Shown here: piece by piece, positions 1-23,423 of the stretch
How the letters are laid out: each line of letters opens with the position of its first letter
How positions within the stretch are numbered: position 1 is the stretch's first letter
DNA from: Amoebidium appalachense
Lineage: Eukaryota; Protista; Ichthyosporea
Assembly: GCA_963693365.1 (NCBI GenBank)
Contig: CAVNZM010000008.1
Coordinates: 992,001-1,056,000 of the forward strand
DNA length: 64,000 nt
Direction: 5' to 3'
The notes under the pieces: generated by a model
Database searches by the model: none
Seen by the model: only the letters and a program-made list of their open reading frames with translations
What the model was told of the DNA's origin: nothing
Program-made: the position numbers and the translations under genes

Positions 1-107
1 GGGGGGGGAGGGGGTGCGTGGGTTGGTGGGGATGGGGATGGGGGGGACGGGGGGGGATTTAATGATTCCACGAGAGCCATCCATGTTTTCAGTTCGAATT
101 CAAGCAG

Positions 108-538
108 TTAACAAATTTGAGGCGGAGGGAAATTCATGTGTACTTCCAAATCTGCATGGTTGGTAAATGGTTGGCAGCGAAGAAATGCGGGAGAATGGTA
201 AGTAAAACTGAATGCATATGTGTCCTTAGGGGAAAGGTGGTCTAAACGTGCTAAAAGTACCTTGCCGAATACAACTGCACACCATGGAAACACACTGGCA
301 GATGTGCAGAAATATGATGCCATACAAAACACACACACTCGCTCTGTCTCTGTGTGTGTTTGCTTTACTGGGGGGGGCGGCGGGCGGGGAAGGGCCAGTA
401 ATCACTGGAGCCAGGTGAACTTTGCAAAGTACTAAGATACACTGCGTCAAGTGCAACACGGTGGAAACTTGCGGCATGCACACACATAAAAGCAAGTAGC
501 AGACTGTTCTCGGGCCCATTCAGTAAAGGAGCTAGCAA

Positions 539-617
<79 letters not shown>

Positions 618-966
618 TGAATGCGGAACACGGTACAAAGTACGCATACACGACGAGAAGCATGGTGCAGGACACATGCAAAGGCAAACATTCAAGTATG
701 CAACATCAGCCATGTGCACAGTATGCGTCATAAGCAGAGCCCATCCTCAGGGAGGACCCGGGGCTAAATGGTGGTTGGGGTGATCCTGAATAAAAAGTCA
801 CAGAAATGGCTTGACTGTTTATTGGCGGTATCCATGTTGAACACCAGTCAGCCCCCCTCGGCTGCTGGTTTTTACCATTCACCCCCCCCCCCCCACCCAC
901 CCACCCACCCCCACCACACATATGCATACGGGTGACGGTGTTTTTCACGTTTTGTTGTGTGGATGT

Positions 967-1013
<47 letters not shown>

Positions 1014-1355
1014 GAAGGCGATGTAGAGGCTATGCAAGACACCGTGACCTTGAGTTAGAGAATAATGGTGGGACCACAGAGAAACAGACGGAAGATGAGG
1101 CATGCAGCTTTCCAAAGTGAACCCACACATCACAAATCTGTTTAATATCTACGACGGATATGGCAATACAGGTAAAACAAATACAAACAGGGGTACCAGT
1201 GCCTACCCATTAAACCACCACTGATAAAAAGCCCGTCGTTTCTCACAGCTTGCATAACTGGCACGGACCCCCCTCCCCCCCCCCCCCCCCCCCCTTTTCC
1301 CATCTTTGTGAGCACAAAAACATGCAACTTCAAATCCATCCTCTAACCCCTTCCC

Positions 1356-1413
<58 letters not shown>

Positions 1414-1546
1414 CGCCCCGGCCCTCTGTCATCGGCTTCGAGGCAAAGTAGTTACGACCAATAACTCCCTCAAATAACATAGCCATGGCATCACCATGTA
1501 TATTTCAACTGTGACAGAACCATGCATGGTTAACAGTCCCCTGCCT

Positions 1547-1580
<34 letters not shown>

Positions 1581-2542
1581 AAAGAAGACCAGCCACCATT
1601 CCCCTCCACAAGAAAGAATACACAGCACACAAACACACAATTAACCCTCTCCTTTCCTCCCCTGCCTGCCTGTCTCCCCCCCCCCACCACCACACACACA
1701 CAAAAGAGAGAGAACGAGGAGAGAGATAACCCCCCCCCCACCCCCCCCCCAAAAAAAAAAGAAGACCAGCCATCCCTTCCCCTCCACAAGAAAGAATACA
1801 CAGCACACAAACACACAATTAACCCTCTCCTTTCCTCCCCTGCCTGCCTGTCTCCGCCCCCCACCACACACACACAAAAGAGAGAGAACGAGGAGAGAGA
1901 TACCCCCCCCCCCCCCCCCAAAAGAAGACCAGCCATCCCTTCCCCTCCACAAGAAAGAATACACAGCACACAAACACACAATTAACCCTCTCCTTTCCCT
2001 GCCTGCCTGTCCCACCCCCCCCCCCTCCCACACACACACAAAAGAGAGAGAGCGAGGAGAGAGAGATAGAGAGAGAGAGAAGAGGCCGCGCGTCCCAAAC
2101 TTCAATTTAACTCACATACCTATGAATACTCCCTCCCAAGAATCCGGCCCCTGCAAAGTAGCTCACCGGCAATGGCTCCCTATAAATACACAAAACAACA
2201 CTACCAGACATCAATAAAAACCATGCACGTTTCAATGTCCGTTCCCTAATCTCTCCCTCCCTGCCCAAACCCCCGCCCCTGTTTCCCCCCTCTCCTCTTC
2301 TCGCGAACCTCCCTCCCTCCCTATCCCCCCACCCTCCGCCACTAAAAAAACACTTAACAAACATCCTACACGGCATGCCCTCGAACCCTACCTGGCAGCA
2401 AATAGCAAAACTATAATACATTGTGTATACGGTACATATGTTTTCATAGTTCCCCCAAACCACAAACACGCAGGCACACAATCAAATACTCCACTCAGAC
2501 AACTTCACCTTCCCAACCTTCCCGCTCCCCTCCCCAACCCTC

Positions 2543-2578
<36 letters not shown>

Positions 2579-3200
2579 CCCCCCCCCCCCCCCGGACACA
2601 CACACACACACAAGCACACAGCCCACTCATACGAATTCCTTATGCCCCGACACACTCATCAAGGACAAGTTTAGCAAGCTACCGCACCAACCCCACCCCT
2701 CCTTCCCCACCCCCTCTCCCCCCGTCCTCCCGCTCCCCCCCACACACACGCGGGAGCAGAACCCCCCCTCCCCCCTCCCCCCGCCCGGAGGCAAAAAGCT
2801 GAAAGACGAGGGGAGGGGGGAGGGGGAATGCTGGGTAGAAGCGGGGAGATTTGGAGTGGGGGAAGAAAAAAAAGAAGGGAAAACCCCTGACCTTGTGGTG
2901 CGTTTCCTCACCAGAAAGAAAAGTGGTCCCATAGGCCAGAACTAAATCATTCATGTGCAAGGCTGGGTGTGTCTTGAAATTGTGGCGAGTAAGTCTCCCT
3001 ACGGCCGTGTGCTTTCTGGCATACGAAAAAAATAAATCCTGCAGACCTAGTTAGGGCGTCTGCGTAATCTCTCGTTCTGATGGCCACGGTTTTGGTGTGA
3101 GCGATTAGACTGAGAAACAACTCCTTGTCGAGATGCACACTAAACTTGGGTAAACGGTAACTATTACTTATACTCGTATCGAACACGTTGTTATATCCAT
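108..3200 (-). CDS. Putative unidentified spliced gene, may run off the left edge; candidate exons 3200-3174, 3038-2892, 2150-2120, later exons uncertain
   Basis: Phase-compatible GT-AG exons giving MDITTCSIR|DLFFSYARKHTAVGRLTRHNFKTHPALHMNDLVLAYGTTFLSGEETHHK|GPDSWEGVFI; CTAAC branch point before the 3039 acceptor; divergent from ILV2. No recognisable homology. Confidence 0.4.
616..752 (-). repeat. Intronic dispersed element, copy A (full length)
   Basis: Reverse complement reads CCCTGAGGATGGGCTCTGCTTATGACGCATACTGTG...GTACCGTGTTCCGCATTCAAA-polyC; about 90% identical to 14993-15128. Confidence 0.9.
1579..2065. repeat. Three tandem ~160-180 bp units separated by poly-C
   Basis: AAAAGAAGACCAGCCA...CACAAGAAAGAATACACAGCACACAAACACACAATTAACCCTCTC repeats at ~1579, ~1757 and ~1920. 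Confidence 0.9.
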
Positions 3201-3299
3201 CTTCTATACACAGTTGGCAGCTCTCATCTACGAGCAACTGCTTCGCGTCTGCCAGTTTTCTTCTTTTCTTTTTGCACCTCGATCCGTGGCGTCCGCGCG

Positions 3300-4370
3300 C
3301 GGCGCACCCAACATGTAAACAAGTAGTACAAAGTTATCACGTGCACGAGTATGCGATGATTGGTCAGATAGCGATCGGGTTTGTAGGCGGATTGAAATGC
3401 AACAATATGATTGGCTTCCATAAATCCTAGTGTAGTTCTTTTGCACCCCTCGGCTCATTCAGATAACCAATCAACGATCACTCTAAATCATTCATCCACA
3501 TGATTGCTTTTTTGTGGCAGAGGCGGGTATGACCTATAGCCAGCCACTCAAGAACGTTTGGTTCGAATTCCTTCGATACAAGAATTACCTTAGCGTATTG
3601 ATGGCCTTTTCTTGTTGGTATTGAGAAGCGAAATCTGGACGCTTCATTGGGGCTATAAAAAACTTCTTTATACAATATTCATATATTATATAATCTGATA
3701 GCCGATATTCGGTCGTACTTTTTGCAACCGCCATGAGTACAAAGGCAGACTTTCACAGTTGCTGGTCACGAAGCCTATCGGAAATAAGGTGCCCTAATGC
3801 ACTTTCGCCGGGATTGCCTACTCAGTCGATTGGGCGTGCTCTGCACCAATCGGAAGCCTTAAAAATGACTCACAAACGGCTTTTCATTGGCTGCAGCTTC
3901 CAATCAGACTGTAAAGCTTCTTAGACTTCATAGACACTGAAATTTGTTCAAATTTCTATACTGTTTTTGCTACTTGTATGTACTAATAAGTAGCTTATAG
4001 GCAGGTGTGATTATCTGTAAATTAGAAACGGTTGCGGTAAACGTGATCAGGAGTCAGGCACCCGGTCCTGACACAAGGTTGTGCACAGCGAGCCGGCGAA
4101 AAGCATTCCTCTTCTATTTCATGAGAAGTGGTTTTAATGTGCACAAAAAATTTAATTAAATATTTGTACTTCTTAAAATGTTAAAATGTGATCATTTATC
4201 ATACATGTGTATTAGCGATTAGTGGCTGACGGCTAACCATAAATGCCGCTTTGAACCTGCCTCCGGGTTTAGTTTCAGCGATTGCCTGCCTGTACCACTT
4301 GACGGTGCAGTGCTGTGTGTCTTCGTTCTCGCACCAGCTGTAGGCATTTGTTGCCCTTTTGGTGTTGAAA
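3300..4370. promoter_or_regulatory. Probable divergent promoter region with several CCAAT/ATTGG boxes
   Basis: Microsatellite-free, AT-richer segment between divergent genes; ATTGG/CCAAT at about 3359, 3410, 3467, 3829, 3846, 3886 and 3900. Confidence 0.5.
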
Positions 4371-7300
4371 ATGGTCGCGATCATTGTAAGGCAGGCCACG
4401 GCCACCTCTGTGCGGGCCATGGGCTCAGCAGCATGTGTTATCAGGAGATGGCAAAGCGCACAGGCAGCCCCTGCCAGGTTCGTTCTCCTCACGATTGTTC
4501 GTGTGGGTGTAATACAGCAAATGCAGTGGTTCTAGTTTTAGTCGCTTTTGTTCCTCCACTTAATATCGGTAGTCTTTATTTCCCCCACCTAGTCATCTTT
4601 GTGCACTTATTGAAAACCTGGTCTCTGGTCTGTTGATTCCTGTTGGCGCCCAAGGTAAGGAGCAACTGAATATCATATGCTGCGTAACCCTGGTGTGGTT
4701 TTGCTCTCAGGAGACGTATATCTTTGCCCTCAAAGCTTTCTTCCTGTGAACAAGCTATGCAGGCAATTTTTGACGATTGCGATGTGAACAAGTTGTGCAG
4801 GCACTTTTTGACATTTGTGGTGGTGTGTTGTTACAGTGAGGAGGCAGCAGCCCCAGCCAGCAAACCAAAAAGCTCGTCGCGCTCAGCGCCTAACGAGGCC
4901 ACACGCTACATTGGTAAAACAGGAGGGCAGATTTTCCACGATAAGATGCTACAGCACGGAGTTAAGCATGTGTTTGGCTATCCTGGTGGCGCTATCCTCC
5001 CCGTGTTCGATGCCATTTATAACAGTGAGCACTTCGACTTTATTCTGCCTAGACACGAACAGGGTGCCGGCCACATGGCTGAGGGCTATGCACGTGCAAG
5101 GTGAGCCGAAGTGATTTTGTGAAAGGATATTTGAAACAAAGCAATCGGGGTTGCAGTTGAAAGGCCCTTGGTTAGCTTTGATGGGTGGGGGTGGGGGAGC
5201 TAGAGAAAGACTTTGGTGGTGACGGGTTCATTTTTTGGGATAGGGGACGGGCAGGTTGATTTAAAAAGGAGCCTTTGTTTGTGGTTCCAAACTCAGCAGA
5301 ACAAGTGTCAGGTGGTGTGCACAAATGGTGTACCAGCTGCGTGATGAGGGCACTGGCAGATGTGCAGGTTACAAGACAGGTTTTGTTTAGACTGGAGAAA
5401 TTCAGTGCCGTCATGCTGATCCTCTTCGTTGCAGCGGCAAACCCGGTGTTGTGCTTGTCACGTCCGGCCCGGGAGCCACAAACACGGTCACTCCCCTCCA
5501 GGATGCTCTCATGGACGGTATCCCCCTGGTCGTGTTTTCCGGCCAGGTGGCCACCCACCTCATGGGCAGTGACGCCTTCCAGGAGGCTGATGTTATTGGT
5601 ATCACCCGCTCTTGCACAAAGGTGGGTGGTCTTGCTTGACTTTTGTGCTGCAAAGTTATAAGAACGAAAACATGTTTATACGTGTTGACATTCCCCCCCC
5701 TCTCCCGCTGGAAAACGTGCTCAGCTTAATTATGCAGACTGTGTGCTCTGTAACCCAGGCATTTTGTTGCGTCGGGAATGTGCATTTCGTTCTCTGCAAC
5801 ACACCTCCTCCCCCTCACACTTTACGTAAAGGCCCTCCCTACCTCTTTCATATCAAGGAGATTGGTCGTCCCCCCCCCCCCCCCCCCTCCCCTCCCCTCC
5901 CTGAGGAAGGGCTCTGCTTATGACGCATACTGTGCGCATGGCTTATGCCGCCATGCTTCTCGTCGTGTTTGCGTACTTCGTACCCTGTCCCGCATTTAAA
6001 CCCCCTTCCCTCCCCCCTCTCTCCCTCCCCCCCCCCCCCCCCCCCCCGGCCCCACCTCCTTGCTCCTTTGCCGACATACTGCAAATTCTTCACCTTTGAC
6101 AAGATTTGCCCTTGATTTTTCTGCCGTTGCTTGCTTTGCTGAGGGTGAAGAGGGCAGGGTGAACATGGCGGCATAGGGGATAGGTGTATATACATGTGGT
6201 CCAATAAGAATATATAGCAGAGAGGAGAGAAGTTTGTGTGTGTCCTTTTTTAATTCGTGCAACCATGAAATGCAGGGCTTGTGCGGTGGAACGTGCAGAA
6301 TGGAGGGAAACAATTTTTTTTTTTGTGTGTGTGTGTGTGGGGGGGGGGGGGGGTGCAGTGCAGGCATGAACTGACGTGGTTTTGTGCAGTGGAACGTGCT
6401 TGTCAACGACATTGCCGATCTGCCCCGGCGCATTGATGAGGCCTTTGAGATTGCCACCAGTGGCCGGCCAGGCCCCGTACTGGTCGATCTGCCCAAGGAC
6501 GTACGTGTCCCCGTGCGCACACTTTCTAGGGTCCAAACCTGCGAGTGCACACACTGCAGATGTACATACACGTGTCTATACACAAAGTCATGGGGTGAAA
6601 GATTGCTTGAAAACGTGCACTCCCACACTTGTGCCGCCCCCCCCTCCCCCCCCCCCCCCCCCCCCATTTGTCGTCGTAACCCTTCCCCTCCCCCCCACCA
6701 CCTAGCGCATTCTACCCCCCCCCCCCCCCCCCACCACCACCTAGCGCATTCTACCCCCTCCCCCCCCCCCCCCACCTCCCCTTCCCCTGAGGATGTGTTC
6801 TGCTGCTGATGCGCACTGTGTATTGTGTTTTTCGTCTTATGTGTCCACACACATTCCAAACCCCCGACACATGCAAGCATGCACACACGCACACACACAC
6901 ACTCTCTCCCGCTCCTTCGCGCTCTGCAGAGCGCAAATAAACAATACACACTTAAACAGCGGCTTCTACAACGACCACCACCATTTGCACACACCCCTAT
7001 GCCCCGCAGCTACACATGGTTTCTTCCACTTTAGAAACAAAAACATACGATGTGCTTGCTGGCAAGCTGTTCGTCTCTGGTTGGCAAATGTAGGGCCAGT
7101 TCACGTTCTTTTGCATGCAAGGAAAACTATGTCAAACACACGAGACAAGAGCTAACAACTGTAGTTATGTATCTCTGGATGTCTTACTTACTCCGTTCTT
7201 GGTTCCACAGGTGACTGGCTCCACGCTGAAGGTGCCAGCCACCGTCCACAAGAAGATGCCTTTCAAGGCGTTCGAGCGCCCTGACTCGGTAGGTGCTTTT

Positions 7301-9672
7301 TTTGTGGTGTCTTGCCTTGAAAGCGAAAAGTTGGTGAACTCGGCACTGTTTGCATACTTTCATGATGTGCACGGGTGTCCTTTATCCAGCAGCATCTTTT
7401 GCTCGATTTACACGCCTGACAAGCCAGCCAATACCTTTTTGTGGCCGTACACTTAGTTCTCTGACACCCAACCCCCCTTCAGAGCTTCCACATGGACGGC
7501 GAAGACTGGGAGCGTGTGGCCAACATGATCAACCAGGCTGAGCGCCCCGTTCTCTACGTGGGCCAGGGTGTGGTTTCTGCCGGCGCAACTGAGGAACTTC
7601 GCGAGCTTGCACGCAAGGCAAACATCCCCGTCACCACCACCCTGCAGGGCATGGGTGCCTTTGACGAGCTGGACCCACGGTCGCTGCACATGCTGGGCAT
7701 GCATGGTGCCGCATATGCAAACTTTGCCGTGCAGGAGGCTGATGTGATTGTGGCTCTCGGTGCTCGGTTTGATGACCGTGTCACTGGCAACCTGAAGAGT
7801 GAGTCTGCCCTCTGCCTTGCAATGCCTGTAAACTATTTTTGGGTTGTAATGCACATTTTCGCTCGGAAAACGTGGGAGGGGGGGGGTGGGGCCCCTCATG
7901 AACGAGACAGGGGTTTGGGGGGGGGGGGGGGGGGGGGGGGGGGAGTGGGGGGTGGGGGGTGGGTGGGTGTGTGTGTGTGGGGGGGGGGGGAGGGGTCGAA
8001 GTTTTGTAGTAGGGGAGCGTGGGGCTTAAATGACAAGTACGAGAGAAAAAGGCTCAAAGGGTGTGGTGGATAGTGCTAAGGGTAAAGTTTGGAAAGACAG
8101 GCAAAGGGGGGGGGGGATTACAACTATTATAATGGCTCCATAACTTCATATTCGTAGCCCGTTGCTGGATATAGTTATGAGTTTGGAAGCTGACGGTTAT
8201 GTGTGCAGAGTTTGCTCCCCGGGCATTCCAGGCAGAGAAGGAGGGCCGTGGTGGCATCATCCACTTCGAGGTGAGTTTGTGTGCATGAACCTGGGGGGTG
8301 GGATTGGCCACTTTTCCCCGGCATTTTGTTTGAAGGAAATGTCTGTTTGCGTTTCCCGCTCCGCCCTGCCCCGTGCGTGCGCACGTGTGTATGGTCTGGA
8401 TGTGGGGTTTTTTTTTTTGGTCAATGTAATGCTGGGGTATGCTCCACGCGAACTGCAACTTGCGTAACCAACCCTCCCCCTCCCCCTCCCCCTCCCCCTC
8501 CCCGGGGGTGCCCTGTTCCCATGTGCTGCATACACTTACACACGAGGGTTATCACCCACATTAGCTTTTCTGGAAACGGCTGAACACTGCACAAGCACAG
8601 AAGTAGATGCATGACACACGCGAATACCCCTGCAACCATGCCAGTCCCCTGTGATTGGTTTGCTGCGACTGACTCTCTTGGGCTCGATAATGCAGATTTC
8701 GCGCAAGAACGTCAACAAGGTGATCAAGGCCACGGAGGTTGTGATGGGTGACGTCAAGGACAACCTGACTAAGCTCAACGCCCTTGTCCAGAGCCGCCCC
8801 CGCAAGGAGTGGTTCTCCATGATTGAGAAGTGTGTGGCCTCCTATCAATACTCACTTACACACATAAATAGACTGACAGACGCTCACAGACACACCTTCC
8901 TGACCGACACCACCACCACGCTTGCCTACACGCAATGGGACACTTTCCTGCGCGCGCACACACACACGTGTTGGTCGGGTTGTGTTTTGCATGTCTTCAA
9001 TGCCCCCACCTTTCCAAGAGCCACGTACACATCGATTGGTGCCTGCAGGTACTGTTTTAAGTACACAACGTTTAAATACACAACCATATACTCACGGTCG
9101 ACCCTCACAGCTGGAAGAGGAAGCACCCTTTCACCTACACACCTGCCAGGCCTGGCGGATACATCAAGCCGCAAACTATTCTTGAGGAGCTCAACAAGAT
9201 GACGCAGCACATGGAGAAACCGGCCATCTACACCACCGGTGTGGGCCAGCACCAGATGTGGGCAGCACAGTTCATCCGCTGGCGCCACCCCCGCACGATG
9301 ATCACGTCTGGCGGTCTGGGAACCATGGGCTATGGTGTGCCCTCTGCAATTGGTGCCAAGGTGGCCATGCCCGACAGCATTGTCATTGACATTGACGGTG
9401 ATGCCTCCTTCTCCATGACCATGCAGGAGCTGGTACGTACTCTCTTACCATGTTCCTCCATAAATGTGCCCGCACACATACATCCCATCATCCCAAGCCA
9501 GACACATTCACCAACACACAATTCACAAACACACACACCCATGCACACCACTATTAGAGCGAAAGCTAAAATCAACACCACTGCAACACACACACCCATG
9601 CACACCACTATTAGAGCGAAAGCTAAAATCAACACCACTGCAATCTTTGTAAAGTGTGTGGTGTGTTGATAT

Positions 9673-9705
<33 letters not shown>

Positions 9706-10578
9706 TCTCCCCCGGGCCACCATCCTCCCTGCCCCGTTTTCGAGTGGAATATTCTTGCGGGTAGTCCTCATGTTTTTCCAGTGTGACTGACGTCCCATCT
9801 GTGCAGCTGACGGCAGCGGAGTACAATATCGGCATCAAGGTGCTTGTGCTCAACAACCACTTCCAGGGCATGGTCAAGCAGTGGCAGGATCTGTTCTACG
9901 ACGAGAGGTACTCGGCCACAAAGATGTTCAACCCCGACTTCGCAAAGGTCGCTGAGGTCAGTTTCTATTCCCCTCCCCTCTCCCCCCCCCCCCTCCAGAG
10001 GGAGGCTAACTGCCTTTGGCTGACTCATTGATGTGTACTTCTTCGCACTTAGTATCCCCCCCCCCCCCAAAGAGGGAGGCTTACTGCCTTTGGCTGACTC
10101 ATTGATGTGTACTTCTTCGCACTTAGTATCCCCCCCCCCCCCCCCCCCCCCCCCAGAGGGAGGCTTACTGCCTTTGGCTGACTCATTGATGTGTACTTCT
10201 TTGCACTTAGTATCCCCCCCCCCCCCCAGAGGGAGGCTTACTGCCTTTGGCTGGGATTACATAAGGAGATCTTGATCCACGATAGATCTTGATCCACGAT
10301 GTATTAAGTACCATGAATGATAAGAAATGAAAATGTGTGCCACACGTTTTTGCACAAGCTCACGCTGTGCATCTACGCAGGCATGCGGCATGAAGGGTCT
10401 GCGGATTGACCGGCACGAGGACATCCGGCCTGTGCTCGAGCAGTTCCTTGCGTGTGATGGCCCCGTGGTGCTGGATGCCCACGTCGAGAGGGACGAGCAC
10501 GTCTACCCCATGGTCCCTGCTGGCTCGGCCCTGCACGAGATGGTCATGGGCCCCCCCCAGTCGGAGCCCCAGCTCTAA
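4371..10578 (+). CDS. ILV2: Acetolactate synthase catalytic subunit, mitochondrial precursor, 11 exons, ~642 aa (4371-4477, 4837-5100, 5435-5621, 6390-6500, 7211-7288, 7483-7798, 8209-8270, 8696-8829, 9111-9432, 9807-9956, 10381-10578)
   Basis: Motifs [98 protein letters not shown], ThDP-binding GDASF...NN, HVYPMVP. All junctions are GT-AG and phase-consistent; Arg/Ala-rich N-terminal presequence. Confidence 0.96.
5899..6000 (+). repeat. Intronic dispersed element, copy C (internal deletion)
   Basis: CCCTGAGGAAGGGCTCTGCTTATGACGCATACTGTG...GTACTTCGTACCCTGTCCCGCATTTAAA between C-runs in ILV2 intron 3. Confidence 0.88.
6785..6860 (+). repeat. Intronic dispersed element, copy E (short, diverged)
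   Basis: CCCTGAGGATGTGTTCTGCT...CACATTCCAAA-CCCC in ILV2 intron 4. Confidence 0.6.
9530..9643. repeat. 57 bp tandem duplication in an intron
   Basis: CACACACCCATGCACACCACTATTAGAGCGAAAGCTAAAATCAACACCACTGCAA occurs twice. Confidence 0.9.
9996..10252. repeat. Minisatellite, ~3.4 units with variable poly-C spacer
   Basis: AGAGGGAGGCTTACTGCCTTTGGCTGACTCATTGATGTGTACTTCTTCGCACTTAGTAT(C)n repeated in the last ILV2 intron. Confidence 0.9.
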
Positions 10579-11777
10579 CTGGCTGTTTATTCTTAAACCT
10601 TGGCAACACGGTCATTAGGTCAGATTGTTTGACGAGTGGGTGATAGATGTCGGCAATAGGCCGTCACATGTATACACCCTTAATTACTGTGCTGGTGCTA
10701 AGCATCCATATTTCCAACGTAGTGTTTTGTATGTAGTTGTCGAAGAACATATTGTTACCATAGTTATGGATTCCACACAGCACTGCTCCGTTTTCCACCC
10801 CTTGCAGCATACCAATATGTACATTCATGGGTCGGCCCACCACTACGGACTGGCTCTTTTTGGTGGTGCCCGTATGACACTGTACGCTGGATTTACGTGT
10901 TATATTTAGCTCCTCTAATGGTCGTTATATGCTGAAAATCACATGTACACTGCTCTTCCTCCCAATACTACTGGTATAGTGGCCCACCACAATGAACGAA
11001 AGCTTTACTGTTGACTCTATTACCCGGCTGCAGGCATGGATGACTAGGCATATACACATGTTACTGTGTATTGCCGTCAATAATAAACAGGACACAGGCT
11101 GCACCTACAAGAGCTCGCCGGGGCCGGAGTGCTCGTCAACAGCATAAAATTAAAACTAAAACCCCCTAGATCAAATACTGATCTAATCTATTTCTTCATG
11201 ACCCGACTTGAGTCTCGAGCAAACAACTTTTCTACTGCGATTTTATATAGCCTACGCACACAAACACACAAAGAAAGTGTATTTATCAAGTAGTTATTGA
11301 AATACAAATGGTTGGGAATGAGACTTTGGAAGTATTTGTTCAAAATTGCAATGTTGCCGTTGGCTCATCACCTGTTATAGCGGGTCAGTCGCCAAGTCAC
11401 GTTTCCTGTGCGTTGATTGGTTAATCTGCGAGCTTATCTCTCTGGAATGCGGAGCATGTTGCCCAATGCCGACTGACTGCCTACACTGTACGCTCAGCTG
11501 GCCGCATGCCTGACAGGTACACCCAGTATAACAAAAAAAACGGAAAAAAAAATTTATCAGTTCTTTACGTTGAAGGCTGATGATAAGGATTATATAAAAG
11601 GGAAAAGCTTTGTTGGTAACTTATGAGAAAAAAGAGAAAAGGGGATACTTCGTTCATTCTTTAATTGCAGAAGTACAGTCACAGGGGGCGTTAATAGCTC
11701 GGCGTACGGTTGTTTTTTCTTAGCATTGAATTACCTGATTCTGTTCCCGTAGGGACTCTTCCCCTCTAAACGTCACC

Positions 11778-21114
<9,337 letters not shown>

Positions 21115-21221
21115 ATTGAACCCCCCCCCCCCCCCCCCCCTCCCCCCTCTACCATGCCCACACACACACACACGCACACACATGCGCGCCCCGCGAACAC
21201 ACACACACACCGTACGCACAT

Positions 21222-21265
<44 letters not shown>

Positions 21266-21979
21266 GTGTTCCCTTTGCATCCCTACGTTCAGCACTGATT
21301 GTCCGAACGTCCCCCTCTCTTTGAGTCTGTTGGTTGCTTCTTAAGTTCCGCAGCGGGCAAGAACATAAAAGTAGGTATGTAATGATGATTTTTTGGGCAA
21401 GGGTGGCCTCGTGATACCACTGAGTTTCTGTTTGGTTGTAGTTGTTTCTATGGTAACGTTCAACTGCAATCAACATAGAAAAATCGGTGTGTTCAATGCC
21501 CGTGTGCATCATCCTGGGTAGATACATCGTTGACTTTTTATTTGCACGATAAAGTTGAGCTTCTTGCTAATTGAAATTGATTGATAAACTGTTGATTCGG
21601 TATTTATGTTCTAGCCCGATTTGATAAATTCGAAGGTTGATTGATGATCCAATTATTTTTTTTGTTGCCATATATGGTGGTGTTACGGTTACCAGCCAAT
21701 AATACGGATGTCTGCCTAGCTAGTCACTGTTAGCGGACTGTTATTTTCTACCAGTGATCGATGGTGTTGGTGTCAAGTAAGACTGGTCGAAAATGTAGCA
21801 GGTAGGCAATGCCATGCACATGTATGTATAGTAAGTATACCGATATGCAACCAATAAATATAAATTCGACGAAGCCTGGAGAACATCCGTCCAATCCCCC
21901 CCCCCCCCCCAAAAAAAAAAAAAAAAAAAAAAACGCAAAGGAGGATGAGGGAGGGAGGGAGGGAGGGAGGATGGGGGGT

Positions 21980-22017
<38 letters not shown>

Positions 22018-22280
22018 TGGTTATAATTATACACTTGCGCAAGATTCAAGCTTGCGCCAATCACTTTCTTTACTCATCAATGTACACTGTGATGGAATGT
22101 GAACGTAATCCTTCGCCTGCACGACCGTGTCATTGCCTTAACCTCTCTAAAAGCCTATCATCAGCCTTACACCACAACCTAACATGGCAACCGACTCAAC
22201 ATACACACCAACCAACACCATTAACGACTTCTCAGTCCATGCGCTAAATCTAAAATCACGTGCCTAACACGTGCACACCA

Positions 22281-23392
22281 CTACTCCGCCTTCTTTGCCG
22301 AGTCATCAAGTGAAGCCCCAGGGAACCACGGGAGCAGCTTCGATGTTGTTTTCTGGTACCTTAAATATTCGGGATACTTCCCGCAGCTAATCAACTCCGT
22401 AAACCACGTGCTACCAATAAACAGCATGTTAAGGTTAGTTGCTCCCATAAGCGTCCAGTTCACCCACTGGCCCGTAGCCGCAACCCCAAAAAGGTAATTG
22501 CAATACCAGAAACTGATTTCGCAAAAGAAGTTAGGATGGCGTGTTAGGCTGAAAAGCCCCTTGGTGAGAAAGCCGCGCGCATAGTCGCCCTTCAACGGCT
22601 TGCCCGCATTCCTGAGCGCATACTTCTTAGTTTGGAATGTCCATTGTTGTTGGTCGGCCAAGGTTTCGCCCAATAGGAAAAAGACTGCGCCCCCGGCAGC
22701 CAATAGATCGATGCTGTTGAGTTCGGGGGAGGAATGGCGGTTGAGGTAGCTCAGATAGGCGGGGGTGGTGAGGAGGAGGAGTAGAACATGCTGGTAGGCC
22801 GCATAAAAGAACAGGTTGAAGCTCTGTGGGTGGAGGGGGGGGGGGGGGGAGGGGGGGGGGGGGGGGGGGGGGAGGTTAGTATGTGTATACAAAGCAAAAG
22901 GAAACAACGAACAACATTGTGACGTGAATAGAGTGGAAGGCAGGGAAAGAACCTGAGAATATGAGGGATTGGTAGAAATAATGGGAAATGATGAGGTTGC
23001 ACGCAAAGTGTAGTGGTTGCAACCTGCAACATCAAATAGACATGCAAAAACAAACTTCAAAACTCTGTTTGACTGTGTGACATTAGCAGATCCCACCCAA
23101 AGGACACACCAAAGGCATTAAGAGTACCCGGGCTTCGAATATTGTACTGGGGTTGCCAGGGGGCTGGGGTAGTGTGTGTGTGTGTGTGTGCGTGTGTGTG
23201 CGACTTGGGGGAGCATATTCATGCAACAACCGTTTGAAAACCAGCCATAGGAAGAAACGGGGGAACACACTTCACACCCGAGCAGTTTAGAAAACTAAGG
23301 ATTGAGTGGACAACAAACAGTATTTTCACTGTGTGTGCGTCCAGGGGGGAGGCATGGGAAAGAGGGGCGGAGAGGGGGAGGAGGGGGGGGGG

Positions 23393-23423
<31 letters not shown>

